Assembly (NCBI GenBank): GCA_028534125.1
Contig: CM052817.1
Span: forward strand, 105,836,001-105,900,000
DNA: 64,000 nucleotides
From: Lama glama
Lineage: Eukaryota
Direction: 5' to 3'
Under the pieces are notes generated by a model. It saw nothing but the letters and a program-made list of their open reading frames with translations. It did no database searches and was not told where the DNA came from. The translations under genes were made by a program, and so were the position numbers. Each line of letters starts with the position of its first letter. Position 1 is the stretch's first letter. Of this stretch, positions 14,485-25,570 are shown piece after piece.

Positions 14485-15490
14485 AGCTCTGCTTTCTCTG
14501 TATGCTCACCTGGATGACCTCAGCTGGACAATTTTTTGATTACTACTTATAAACCCAAGAACTCCAAATCCATGTCAGAATTCTGTCCTTTGAGCCAAAG
14601 CCCGTCTGGCATCTTCCACTGAGATGTCTCATTAAAAGTTGAAACAAATATGTTTAAATTTGAAGACGATCTTTATCCCCAAATGTCCCTCTCCCTGTAA
14701 GTGTCATGTTTGTGAATCGCCCTGTTTCTGCAGTCAGCCAAGCAAGAGATGCAGAAAACTGGAACCTCCCTTGTCACCCACCTGGTCATCCAATCAGCCT
14801 GAGAAATCTCCTCTTTATTAAATTTGGCATCTCTCGTCTTCTCTTTTACCCCATTGTCCCAGTTCTGTTATTCTTCTCACTATTTCTGCCTAAATATCCA
14901 GATTTGATTCCCAATTGCACTTCTCGCTTTTATTTTCACCAACTTTCCACCGTCCTCCACACCCCACCAAAATCAAACACCCACGTGCTTTAATATTTCA
15001 ATAGCAGATGCATCCTCTGTAAGTGCTTCCTTTAGAACATAAAGCCTTTTATAATTTGGCTGGTGTCTCCTCCCCACACCTCACTTCCCATCACCTACCC
15101 TAACCCCTCCCTCTTTCCTCTCTATTTGTCCCAGAAGAACGTCCCCCGTCATTTTGTACCTCCCCAGACATTGCGTATGCACTTTCTTCTACCTGGAACA
15201 CGCTTCCCCCCTTCTTCATCCAACTGCTTCCAATCCCTCTTTCAGAGCGTCTTCTACAGTGACTCACCTTGACCAGGTCTGGTGATAGACTGGCCCTCCC
15301 TTCCCGAGCACACAGTGCACACAGTGCGTACCATTATTGCCCAACAGACATCACACTGTCCTGCACCCACTCTTCCTCTCTGGGATATCGTATCCTTTAA
15401 GTCAGGATCTGTCTTCTTTAACCTTCTGTCTACTTAGCACCTAGCATAGTGTCTGGCAGAGAATAGGGGTTTTAATATAAATGCTAGAGG
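14485..15490 (+). mobile_element. L2 LINE 3' portion
   Basis: Pyrimidine-rich L2 motifs (catcttccactgagatgtctc; cttctacctggaacacgcttcc) end in the L2 tail tagcacctagcatagtgtctggca. Confidence 0.75.
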
Positions 15491-15659
15491 TTAGAGGCTG
15501 ATTTCCCTATGTTTTATGTTAAAAACAGCAGCAACCAAATCTGAGGCTCACAGAAGTTAGTGATGTGGCCAGGGTCACAATGCAAATGAATCAAAGAGAC
15601 TAGTTTGATCTTAATTTTCTCTGGGACACAAAATCCTTACCTGTGTACTGTTATATACC

Positions 15660-16055
15660 GAGAATTAAAGTGAAGTAAGTCAGACAGAGAGAGACAAATA
15701 TCATATGATATCACTTACATGTAGGGTCTAAAAAAGATACAAATGAACTGATTTACAAAACAGAAACAGACTCCCAAGAAAACGAAATTATGGTTATCAA
15801 AGAGGAAAGAGGGGAGGGATAAATCAGGAGTTCCGGATTAACAGATATGCACTAATGTATATAAAATAGATAAACAACAAGGTCCTACTGTATAGCAGAG
15901 GGAACTATATTCAATATTTTATAGTAACTTACAATGAAAAACAATATGCAAAATAATATATATGTATAACTGAATCACTTTCCTGTACAACAGAAACTAA
16001 CACATTGTAACTCAATTATACGTTAATAAAAATAAATAAGTGAATAAAAACAAAG
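15660..16055 (+). mobile_element. L1 3' UTR fragment
   Basis: aagtgaagtaagtcagacagagagagacaaatatc..aactaacacattgtaa followed by an A-rich tail. Confidence 0.88.
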
Positions 16056-17278
16056 TAATTTGTCTAATTACAATGAGTATTATTTCTACACTTACCAGAA
16101 TTTGACTATTTAGAATGTCATAATATTTAGCTATTACTTATTTTGTATGAGGAAAACTCACACTCATCTTTAATAAAGTTGCATGTGTCACACCTCCGGG
16201 TTTTTTCTCTACCACACTCACATGATACAAAGTATATATCATGCTTTTTATTTGTTTCTTTTACTATTTTTAATATTGAAAGAAAAAATTGGACAGAAAT
16301 ATTTACCTGTGTTTTATTCTGACACGTAAATATAGATTGACACCAATATTCCAGAATTACACTGCTCACTTAGAACTGTTATGTTGGGGGATTAAATCAC
16401 TTTTGTAAAATGTTATGATTATTGAATGTTAAACTTTTCTTTGCAGTTACTGCCTTGGTGACTATCAGCTTCTTTTTCTAATGACTTATTTCAGCAGTGA
16501 ATGCAAATGTTTTGAGGGTTAAGAATAATTTTTCCTTTTTGATTTTTTAAGCTCTGCAGTCAAAATGTGTAAACCAAGTCCTGCTGTCATGTAGACTTCT
16601 TGGTCAATTTTTCTGTAACTAAAGAACTGGCCTTACAAACCCTCTCTCCACAGGCTTTTCTGAGCATCTTCTGAGATTTTATCAGTTATTTTTTAGAGTG
16701 CTCTCATTCCTTATTTAGGTGTTTGAATGTGATATCTTTATCCATTCAAAACTGCTCTAAAACTATACTCTGGATGATTTATTATGTGGTGCTGCTGGCT
16801 TAAATATATTCATTTATGCACAATTTTTCTTTCAGTAAAGATTTAACATTGATGTGTTCATAGTAAATATTCTCTAATATCATTAATTTTTTAAAAACAC
16901 CACTACCATTGTTTTGATCAACAGAGTCAAAAAACAGATAAATAATTTTCTGAGGTATTTTAGGAGATTTTATGGAATTCAGTAAGTGTATTTTTTAACG
17001 TTTGACTGCATTTAGAAGCAAGAAATAATTTAATATGAAAATATTAATCATAAATAAGAGTAACTACAAAGCATTGTTTAAAGGAATATGATCAAAAATA
17101 AATCTTTGCCAACTTCAAAGCTAAGTTCCAATAGATTTCAGAAATGTTTGAACTGCTTTTTGGTTCTGTCAGCTTGGACTGATTAAAAAATTTAATGTAT
17201 GTGAGAATACAAGACAACGTTGGTAGAGAAATTAAATCCTAGTAGGAGGAAGAGTAGGTGGTAAAAAGATAAAGAGGG

Positions 17279-17431
17279 TAGCAGAGGGAACTAAGTTCAA
17301 TATCTTGTAACAACCTTTAATGAAAAAGAATATGAAAACGAATATATGTATGTATCTGCATGACTGGGACATTGTGCTGCACACCAGAGATTGACACATT
17401 GTAACTGATGGTACTTCAATTTAAATAAAAA
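17279..17431 (+). mobile_element. Very short L1 3' insertion with TSD
   Basis: L1 terminal sequence and poly(A), flanked by aaaaagataaaga(a)ggg at ~17263-17278 and ~17432-17448. Confidence 0.85.
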
Positions 17432-17564
17432 AAAAAGATAAAGAAGGGCTTTACTTTCATTTTGTACATAATGTTAGATGAGTGGTTTGTGGGTAATAAG
17501 TAGAAGTAACCTCTGAAGTCTACAAATAGCACCAGGAGATCCTTGACTTTGTATCACCATCTTT

Positions 17565-17905
17565 TTTTCTTCCAGAAAAGATATAACGGGCATAAAGCAT
17601 CATGTAAGTTTAAGGCGTAAACATCATGATTTGATATATGTATATATTGCAAAGCGATCACCACAATAAAGGTAACACATTCATCACCTCACAAAGTTAC
17701 AATTTTTGTGTGGTGAGAACTTTTAAAAACAACTCTCTTAGCAACTTGCAAATAGAGTATCATTAACTAGAGTCGCCAAGCTGTTTATTACATCCCCAGG
17801 ACTTACTCATCCTGCAGATGAACGTTTGTACCCTTTGACCACCTTCACCCATAATTACCACCCCTCCTCATCACCCCTCAACCTTGATAACCACCAATCT
17901 TTTCT
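17565..17905 (-). mobile_element. L1MA-type 3' end
   Basis: Antisense motifs gtggtgagaacttttaaaa..actctcttagcaact; catccccaggacttactcat; ccctttgaccaccttcaccc. Confidence 0.8.
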
Positions 17906-18295
17906 TTAGCCTTTTTCACAGTTAGATGTGTCCATATGTTTTAATTTGATGCATTGAATTTGAATCAAATGTTGTGTGTACCTTTCAGTTTAATTAAGTA
18001 TGATAGAAATTACATTCTCTCTCCCCATCCTTCCAAATATTGACAGACAAAAGCATCTAAGTTGAGTTTTACTCCAAAGACCAAGTGGATGTGTGTGTTC
18101 TGCCATCTTAAATAGGTCGCTTGGCTTCCTACTCTGGGTCTTAGTCCATGGAAGTCGAAAGAGAAAGCTTAGAACAAGCACACATCTGTCCCCCTCATTC
18201 TGCTGGTCTCATTGCAGGCACAATGCCACATCTAAGGGACAGGAATTGTAGTCTTTGCTTTGGCGTCTACATTACCAACTACAACTCAGGGGATT

Positions 18296-18482
18296 TTATA
18301 AATATAATAAACAACAAAGACTTACTATATAGCACAAGGTACTATAGTCAATAGCTTATAGTAACTATAATGGAAAAGAATCTGGAAAAGAATACATATA
18401 TATATATAATCAAACTGAATCACTTTGCTATACACCTGAAACTAATACAACATAGTAAACCAACTATACTTCAATTTAAAAT
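18296..18482 (+). mobile_element. L1 3' terminal fragment
   Basis: aaacaacaaagacttactatatagcacaagg..aactatacttcaattt. Confidence 0.8.
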
Positions 18483-19729
18483 AGGGTCTAGGGAGAAATC
18501 AGCCCTCCGGCCAGTCTAGTGTTCCTGCATTCCATTTTTTTCCCACAAGTAGAGCTATTTTTCCACCCATCCCAAGGCTGAACTCCTCGTGCCCCCTCTG
18601 CACTATATCCGCCCGCTTTCTAGGATCTCTTGGGATGTGTCCTAAGCACTCTCTTTCAGCTCATGTTGTGGCTACTTTGGCAATGATGACTTAAAAAAAA
18701 ACCCTGCCCAAAATACAATAATAGAGCAAAAATATAATTTCCATTTGGAAAAAGGAATCATGTTGTAGTCGTTGTAAAGAGTCAATGTGCTTTAATAAAA
18801 GGTCCCAAATATCTAAGGGCTACGTTTACGTGTTGCCTTTATTAGAATCATGGTCCGTCCACAGCCTGGCAGAGGGTCTGTGCACTCACTCACACAGGTG
18901 CTCTGACAACTTTAACACGTGGTCCTACAAGGTCAACCTGAGATAAACCACATCAGAAAGCCAAGAGGTGGGAAGACCTTGGAGGAAGCCATGCCAGCCT
19001 GAGACATGGCACTCAGCACTTCTGCTTGTATTTCATGGAACTAAACGAGGAAACATGACTTTAAAACAAGAACTAAAATTTAAATTGTCTGTCCCAAGTG
19101 GTAAAGGCATCATGAGTACTCATTATTAATCTCTATATTTTCCTGATTTCTCCCAAATTGACTTGAGTTCCCATGTTACGGATTCTGGACAATTAGAGAA
19201 AATTGATCAACATCGTGGCGGTGAGTTTTCTATCTCCCCTTTGCAATCACCTGCCACTGAATCTCTGTGGTGGTCTTTGACAGAGCTGCATAATGAGTTC
19301 TTGACTCATTTAATCCCCCAGAGTGTGGGAATAGTTTTGGGGGTGTGCATGCATAGTTTTCTGGGTGTGATATTGGTGGCGTGATAATATGTGTAGGGTT
19401 AACTCTATGGACTTCTTTTTAAAATTGTGCAAAGTCAGAGGTTTGGGATTCTAAATTTTGAGACTCTAAAGAGATCACATCCCCGCAGTGAGAGAGGGAA
19501 GGGCTGAGACTGCTGACCAGACCCCAAGGTTACCCAGGCAATAGGCTGTCTTCTTTTCAAACGTAGGTCTGGATGGACTCAAGATCAAACTTTTTTTTCA
19601 TTTTTTATTTTACTGTCTTTGGGGTCTTATTAAAGAAATAAGACCATGATAAAATAAACATAAAATATTGTAAATATTGGTAATAAAATAAGAGAGAAAT
19701 TAGGTAATGATCCTTGGTAAAAATCAGCA

Positions 19730-19900
19730 AGCATATCTTTTGACGCACACCTTGAATTCCAACAATTGATCAAACGAGAAGTGACTGCAAACATCAACAT
19801 AGACTGAAATCCTTTATACGATAGAAAGTCTTTGCTGTGTTACTTAGATACAACAAATGATCATGTGAAAATTTTCTCTGTAATTTAAGTATCGGATTAA
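19730..19900 (-). mobile_element. Decayed hAT transposase C-terminal dimerisation-domain fragment
   Basis: With one frameshift, the minus strand reads RKFSHDHLLYLSNT/QQRLSIV*RISVYVDVCSHFSFDQLLEF. This resembles the hATC consensus ERSFSxLKxxKxYLRxTMxQxRLSxL..Dxxxx.F. Confidence 0.45.
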
Positions 19901-19994
19901 ATGTGAAAATACATAGAAAATTAATTAAGAGTACATTTGAATTAGTTTTAGATTTCAGTTACAAGTAACATAACACAACTCAATCACACACACA

Positions 19995-20036
<42 letters not shown>
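19995..20036. repeat. Perfect (CAT)14 microsatellite
   Basis: Direct reading; preceded by a short (CA)n. Confidence 0.97.
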
Positions 20037-20038
<2 letters not shown>

Positions 20039-20039
20039 G

Positions 20040-20988
20040 TAGGAGAGGTCCTGGATAGACAATTTTCCAAAAAAAAAAAAAAAGGCCAACAGGTACATGA
20101 AAAGGTGCTCAACATTCCTAGTCATCAGGGAAATGTAAATCAAAACCACAATGAAATACTAGTTCACACCTGCTAGGATGGCTAGTATCAAAAAGACAGC
20201 AACGACAAAAAAGCAAAGCATTGAGGAGGATGTGGCAAAAAGGGAACCCTGTGCACAGTTGATGGGGATGTAAACTGGTACAGATACCGCGGAAAACAAT
20301 ATGGAAGTTCCGCAAAAAGTTAAAATTAGAGTTACTATCTGACCCCAGCAATTTCACTTTCAGCTATACATCCAAAGGAGCTGAACTCGGTAACTGAAAG
20401 AACTAATGGTTCCCCGTGATCATTTCAACATTATTCATAATAGTCCAGGCGTGGAAACAACCTGGGCATATTCATATATATGAATCTACATAGATACATC
20501 ATATGATTCAGTCTCAGAAAAAGAAAGAGATGATGCCATTTGCAACAACATGGATGAAGCTGGAGGACTAAGCAAAATAAGCCAGACACAGAAAGAAACG
20601 ATTGCCTGATCTCACTTCTAGGTGGAATCTGAAAAAAATACACCGAGGCAGGGGGTGGAATGGTGGTTTTCAGGGGAGAGGCAGAGGGAGAAATGGGGAG
20701 ATGTTGGTTTAAGAGCACAAAGTTGCAGCTACATAGGATGGGTAAGTCTTGATATTTAATGTAAAGTATGTTGCCTATGGTTAGTGATATTGTACTGAAT
20801 ACTGGGAATTTGCTGAGATAGTAGACTCAGGCACTCCCACTCCAAAAAAAGGCAACTGGGAGATGATATGTCAGTTGGCTTAACTGTAATAATCGTTTCA
20901 CTATGTACATGTATATCAGTACATGAAGTTGTACACCTTAAATATATACAAATTTTATTTGAAAATAAAATTAAAAACAAAACAAAAC
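20040..20988 (+). mobile_element. L1MA-like 3' end (ORF2 C-terminus + 3' UTR)
   Basis: catcagggaaatgtaaatcaaaaccacaatga; gacccagcaatttcactt; gttgtacaccttaaatatatacaa followed by an A-rich tail. Confidence 0.9.
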
Positions 20989-21189
20989 CATGACATCTCA
21001 GAATCCATCATTGCCAATAAATATTTTCTTGTACACAATACTACTATATATTATATTTAATATACTATATATAATATATTATTAAAATAAGAAACAAAAG
21101 AAGAATGCACAGAAATAGAGAAGCTGATCCAATCTTTATTTTAAACACTCAGCAGAAAAGGTTTATGATCTATTTGAGGAAAAATTGTT

Positions 21190-21500
21190 TGGGCGGTAAT
21201 TTAGAGCAAATTACATCAGATGTGTGTTGAATATTCAGATCAGTATGATTAGCATGCAAGATTCAGTACCAGATCTCTTTAGACTTCTCTCCTGTCTGTA
21301 ATCACATGCTCCAAATCCCATTTCCTTCCCCATTTCGTCTTCCTCAAGCTGTCCCTCTTTCCCATCCACCTGATACAAAGCACAGGATTTCAGTTCAGTT
21401 AGTATTTTACTCATAACTTGGTGCACATGGGGTTTCTCTAGCTTTTTCAGCAACAAATCAATGACATTTGTCCAAAAGTCGATCAAAATTTTGAGTTTTG
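21190..21500 (-). mobile_element. Probable ancient CR1/L3-like RT fragment
   Basis: The frameshifted minus strand reads RLLDKCH/DLLLKKLEK..ILTELKS..VDG....TDL../HLM*FA. This parallels the CR1 RT motif order KAFDxVxH.LL.KL..WI..WL..V.G..NDL..KFADD. Confidence 0.35.
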
Positions 21501-22724
21501 CCTGTATTATTTACAGAAGCAATACCCATAGTTCTTATACCATGAATTTATGATCTCCATAACTTAAGGATACAACTTATGAAAAATATAAAGACAATAT
21601 ATTTGCAAAATATATTCAACAAGGATCCATAAATCCTATTAAAATACATTTAGCATCATTGTTTACAAATCTCTACCAAGTTTCTTTATTTTGCATAACA
21701 TACTTTTAAATATTCCTGTAATAAGAACTAATTTATTAGAAAAAATAGGTATCATTTAACTTTTAACCACTGACTTAGGTACAGAATAGAAATATTTTAA
21801 AACAATGCAAATATCTAGTCTGTCATAGTGAATACTTGCAAGGCAGTAACATTTTGAATAGATTCCATGCAGCTCAGACAATAAATTACATATTAATCTA
21901 CTATAAATTCTCAAAAAGGCACTATTACGTCTTCTGAAAATTAGTATCAATGATATTTGCAATTTCCATAAATGAATAAAACCAATAGAATATAATGTTC
22001 TTATACTGGAAAGACAAAATAATGTAAAAATGACATCTCCTGAGATACTAAATAGAAAATGCCAGCACTTAATCTTCAGCTAAAAGTGGTATTAATGGAA
22101 AAAAAAAAAGGTGATTACAACTACACTTCTAAGATTTTGAAACATATTTTGATTCCACAACAGATATGAGTGAATTATTTGAATATAAATTAATATAATC
22201 ATATGACTTTATATTTTTTGAATTTGCAAAATGTCAGCCCCTACTAAGAATATCTAAAGAAACTAGCATAACCAAGTCACATTTAATAAAATGTAAGCCA
22301 CATTAAAACTAACAAAAAATAGTTATAAAAATCAGAGTAATTCTGCCTCATTTTCTAGTGGATGTTAAGGTATTTCATTATTTCATGTTGCTCAGTTCAA
22401 GTATCATTATATCTTCATATTTTGTATTTTCATTTTATACATCTAATCAAGTGACTTTCAGAACAGTTCTCTCCCACTCATCTTTCTCTCTCTTCCCTTT
22501 ATGTCCTTTATTTTAACATTGCTCTCTCCCAGAAGCACAGATTGTAAGTTTGGAATGTCCATTTTTTACTTGTCAAATGTGATATCCTGTGGCTTAAATA
22601 ATAGGTACACTGTAAGAGTAAGAAAATCATATATATGCATATATGTATAATACTTTTATTTCATTACCTTTAAGTGTAATTAAATTGTATGCATATATGA
22701 GGGTAGACATATACCTACACATAC

Positions 22725-22803
22725 ATATATATGGATATGTATATACACATATATATTATACATATATATATAGAGAGAGAGAGACAGAGAGAGAAAGGGA
22801 AGA
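22725..22803. repeat. (TA)n-(GA)n compound microsatellite
   Basis: Direct reading. Confidence 0.9.
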
Positions 22804-23339
22804 GATAATAACCCCACTCTTCTGACTTTACTCATAAGGACCCTTGTTTATTCAGGAGCTAATTTTTTTGACTATTGTGGATTTTTTTTTAATAAACTGC
22901 TCTTCCATTTCCCAGAAAATGTGTCTGATACAAACTCCCCAGCCAAACAAATATGCTTATACTGTTTCTACGTTCTCTCCTTTTCAGTGCTTCATTTAAC
23001 TTTCTCTTCAAGGACTTTGTTCCGTGCACTGTTTTCTATAGGTTGTTACATGTTAGTACAGCAGGCTGGAAAAAGGTCTGGTTCTTCTGCTCCAGTTTTA
23101 GCACTAAAAGTGCTAAATCTGGGGGTACGGGGGGTTAAGTATAGTTCCGTGGTGGAGCGCATAATAACCATGCAACTTAGAGTACAAATTAAAAAAAAAA
23201 CAACAACCCTTTCCAGAATTTAAAAAATTCTGTTTTTGGGTGATGAGTTTGGAAGTCTGGGGGAAAAGTACAGAACCCATATAACTGCCCCCAGATAGAA
23301 GCTAAAAGCAATACCCTTTTCAGTGTCAAATGGATATGA

Positions 23340-23535
23340 CAGAGATGACCTGCCTTCCGCAGTCCCTGTTACTGCTTTTTCTTTGACCTCTGATCTTGGA
23401 AGCCATGATCTGTTGTTTCCAGCAACGGATGCTGAGAATCTTTGCTCACTCCAATTTACAGGACCATGTGAGCAACTGAATTGTGTTGTAATTTTGAGCA
23501 TTAACGTTCCATCATCGACCTGGTCCTTGGATTAA
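23340..23535 (+). mobile_element. Possible ancient RTE-clade LINE 3' fragment
   Basis: One frame reads FQQRMLRIFAHSNLQDHVSN*IVL, similar to the RTE motif FHQRCLRxIxxIxWQDxVxNxEVL. Confidence 0.35.
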
Positions 23536-23581
23536 TGTATCATGAGAATGCTAGATTAATTTGTAGCAACATGTATATTTT

Positions 23582-24059
23582 TATTACCAAAGGTAAGTTC
23601 GTGTACCCACTGCACCATGAGGCCAAACAAAATGAAACCTGGAAGTTTGGAGCAGAGAAGGATTTATTGCAGGGCCAAGCAAGGAGGATGGGGTGGCTCA
23701 TGCCCAGGAAAAACTCTGAACTCCCCGAAGGGTTTCAGCAAAGCCTATTTAAAGGCCAGATGAGGGAGAGGATTGCAAGATGCCTGATCAGCTCATGGAC
23801 AATCATTTCTGATTGGCTGACGTTGAGGTAACAGGGCGATCAACACCATCAACCCTTAGGCACCAGAGGGTCTGGAGGCTGTGGTTCTTGATCCTCAAAT
23901 AGTTAATTTCTTCCCTTTGGTGGTGGTTTTAAGCATCTGAAACACTCAGGAAATTCACACAAGGTACTATTATCTGGGTGCTTCGGAAAGGATCTGCAGC
24001 AGAGGATATGGGGGAGGGGTCTGACCCTGGAAGGCCCCACAGGATCCAGCTCAGTTACA
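23582..24059 (-). mobile_element. ERV1-class solo LTR
   Basis: T(A)TTACC..GTTACA ends with TTTT on both flanks. Minus-strand AATAAA (gatttattgc) and motifs typical of laurasiatherian ERV1 LTRs (gtttggagcagagaagg, ctgaactccccgaagggtttcag). Confidence 0.85.
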
Positions 24060-24126
24060 TTTTGATTCTTTTTTCTGAGTTAAGATAATGAAAATGAATG
24101 ATTCTCAACACTGACATCAGGATGAC

Positions 24127-24441
24127 TCAGGCATCACCAAAAAGAGGGCAAAACAACTGTGTTACACTAATGGCAGATGGAAGGACGTATCCAACTGTGT
24201 GAGGGAGGAAAATAACCCCAACTGAGTGTACTGGACAATCCGCAGAGCAGAATGTGTCACTGGACCTGGGGGAGCAGAGCATATGAAAGTCCATGTGGAG
24301 ACAGAAAGGCACAAATCCAGGAGGAGACACAAAAGTATTTCTAAATCAATCGAAAGACTTTCCACCTCCCCAAAAGATATCAACTGTTTGTCCAAAACAG
24401 TGGCTACTGAGTTAGTTTGGGCATACCACAGGAACCAATAA
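24127..24441 (+). mobile_element. Decayed hAT transposase N-terminus with BED-type zinc finger (Blackjack-like)
   Basis: One frame with a single internal stop reads KKRAKQLCYTNGRW..NPN*VYWTIRRAECVTGPGGAEHMKVHVETERHK..KTVATELVWAYH. This matches the hAT layout W..YCxxC..HGG..DxKxHxxTxxH..KxxAAExxxAYH, with both Cys mutated (W, R). Confidence 0.6.
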
Positions 24442-24466
24442 ATATTTATCATATTTGATTGGATAA

Positions 24467-24560
24467 GATCCTGGGTTCAATCCCCAGTATCTCCATTAAA
24501 TAAATAAAATGAACAAATAAACCTGATTACTTCCCCTTCAAAATAAATAAAATAAATAAC
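24467..24560 (+). mobile_element. 5'-truncated Vic-1-like SINE
   Basis: tcctgggttcaatccccagtatctccatt, A-rich linker, aaacctgattacttcccc, A tail. Confidence 0.8.
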
Positions 24561-25374
24561 AGAATTTTATACTATTATGGTCATATTTAATTTGTCTCCT
24601 ACTCCTTTCATAGGTTGTCTTGGAGACAGTAGCAGTTGTAGTGATGGGGTAATTGTGATACCGCTTTTTGTTGACCTTATAAAATCTTCTTCGGGGACTC
24701 TTTTTATGATGCCTTCATTGTATGTTCGGCTGCCTCAGTCACGCTTTCTCACGTACTGCCTTTGTTTATTGCCCTTCTGAGAGACTCCTCTTTCAATCCT
24801 CATTCTTGAACTAAAACTTTACTCTCTACCCTGCAATTGTGCTGTCACCTTGGGAGTGACTGACAGGAAGAGGCACTGTTACCTGGTGTCTAAGACTGTT
24901 TCTTCCTTGTTGACAGTCTCAGTGTGCCAGAATACATTCTCAAATACTTTCTTAACAAATGCAGATGCAAGAGAAACTTTCTAAATAATAATATATCTGC
25001 CTTCTTGTTTAAACTCCTCCCACAGGACTGTTAATTTTTCTGCTTTTAACTGGTAGAAAATCACTTTACCCATAAAGTTAAAAGCACCACCGCTATGTCT
25101 CTTAGCAGCCATGTCAGAGTTAAATCCATTGCCAAGCTGGTTTGTACATTTTTCCCGAAAATGTGTTTTCTGTGTTGTCTTGTTTTGATCTAATTTTATT
25201 CTTTTTTTGAAGGTTATAAATGTTTTCGTTTATTATTCCGTTTATTATTTTATTCATTCCCTATACATATTAATTTATACTTTAGAAATAAACATGTTAG
25301 TTTATTAACTTTCACCAAACTAATATTAAAATAAATTGTTTACAGATTCTTAACATTATTAACTCAACATATTC

Positions 25375-25570
25375 TATTTTTATTTATTTTTTATTGAAGT
25401 ATAGTCCATTTACAATGTTATATTAATTTCTGGTGACACAGTAAAATACTTCAGCCATACAGATATACATTCTTTTGCATATTTTTTTCATTATAGGCTA
25501 TTACAGGGTATTGAATATAGTTCCCTGTGCTGTACAGTAGGACCTTGCTGTTTATTTTCTATATAGTGAT
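25375..25570 (-). mobile_element. L1 3' terminal fragment
   Basis: ttttattgaagtatagtc..gttccctgtgctgtacagtaggacc. Confidence 0.85.

Noticed and set aside
24150..24200. CYTNGRW..C as a sushi/CCP domain exon
   Set aside because: No splice sites, and the continuing frame fits a hAT transposase N-terminus better.
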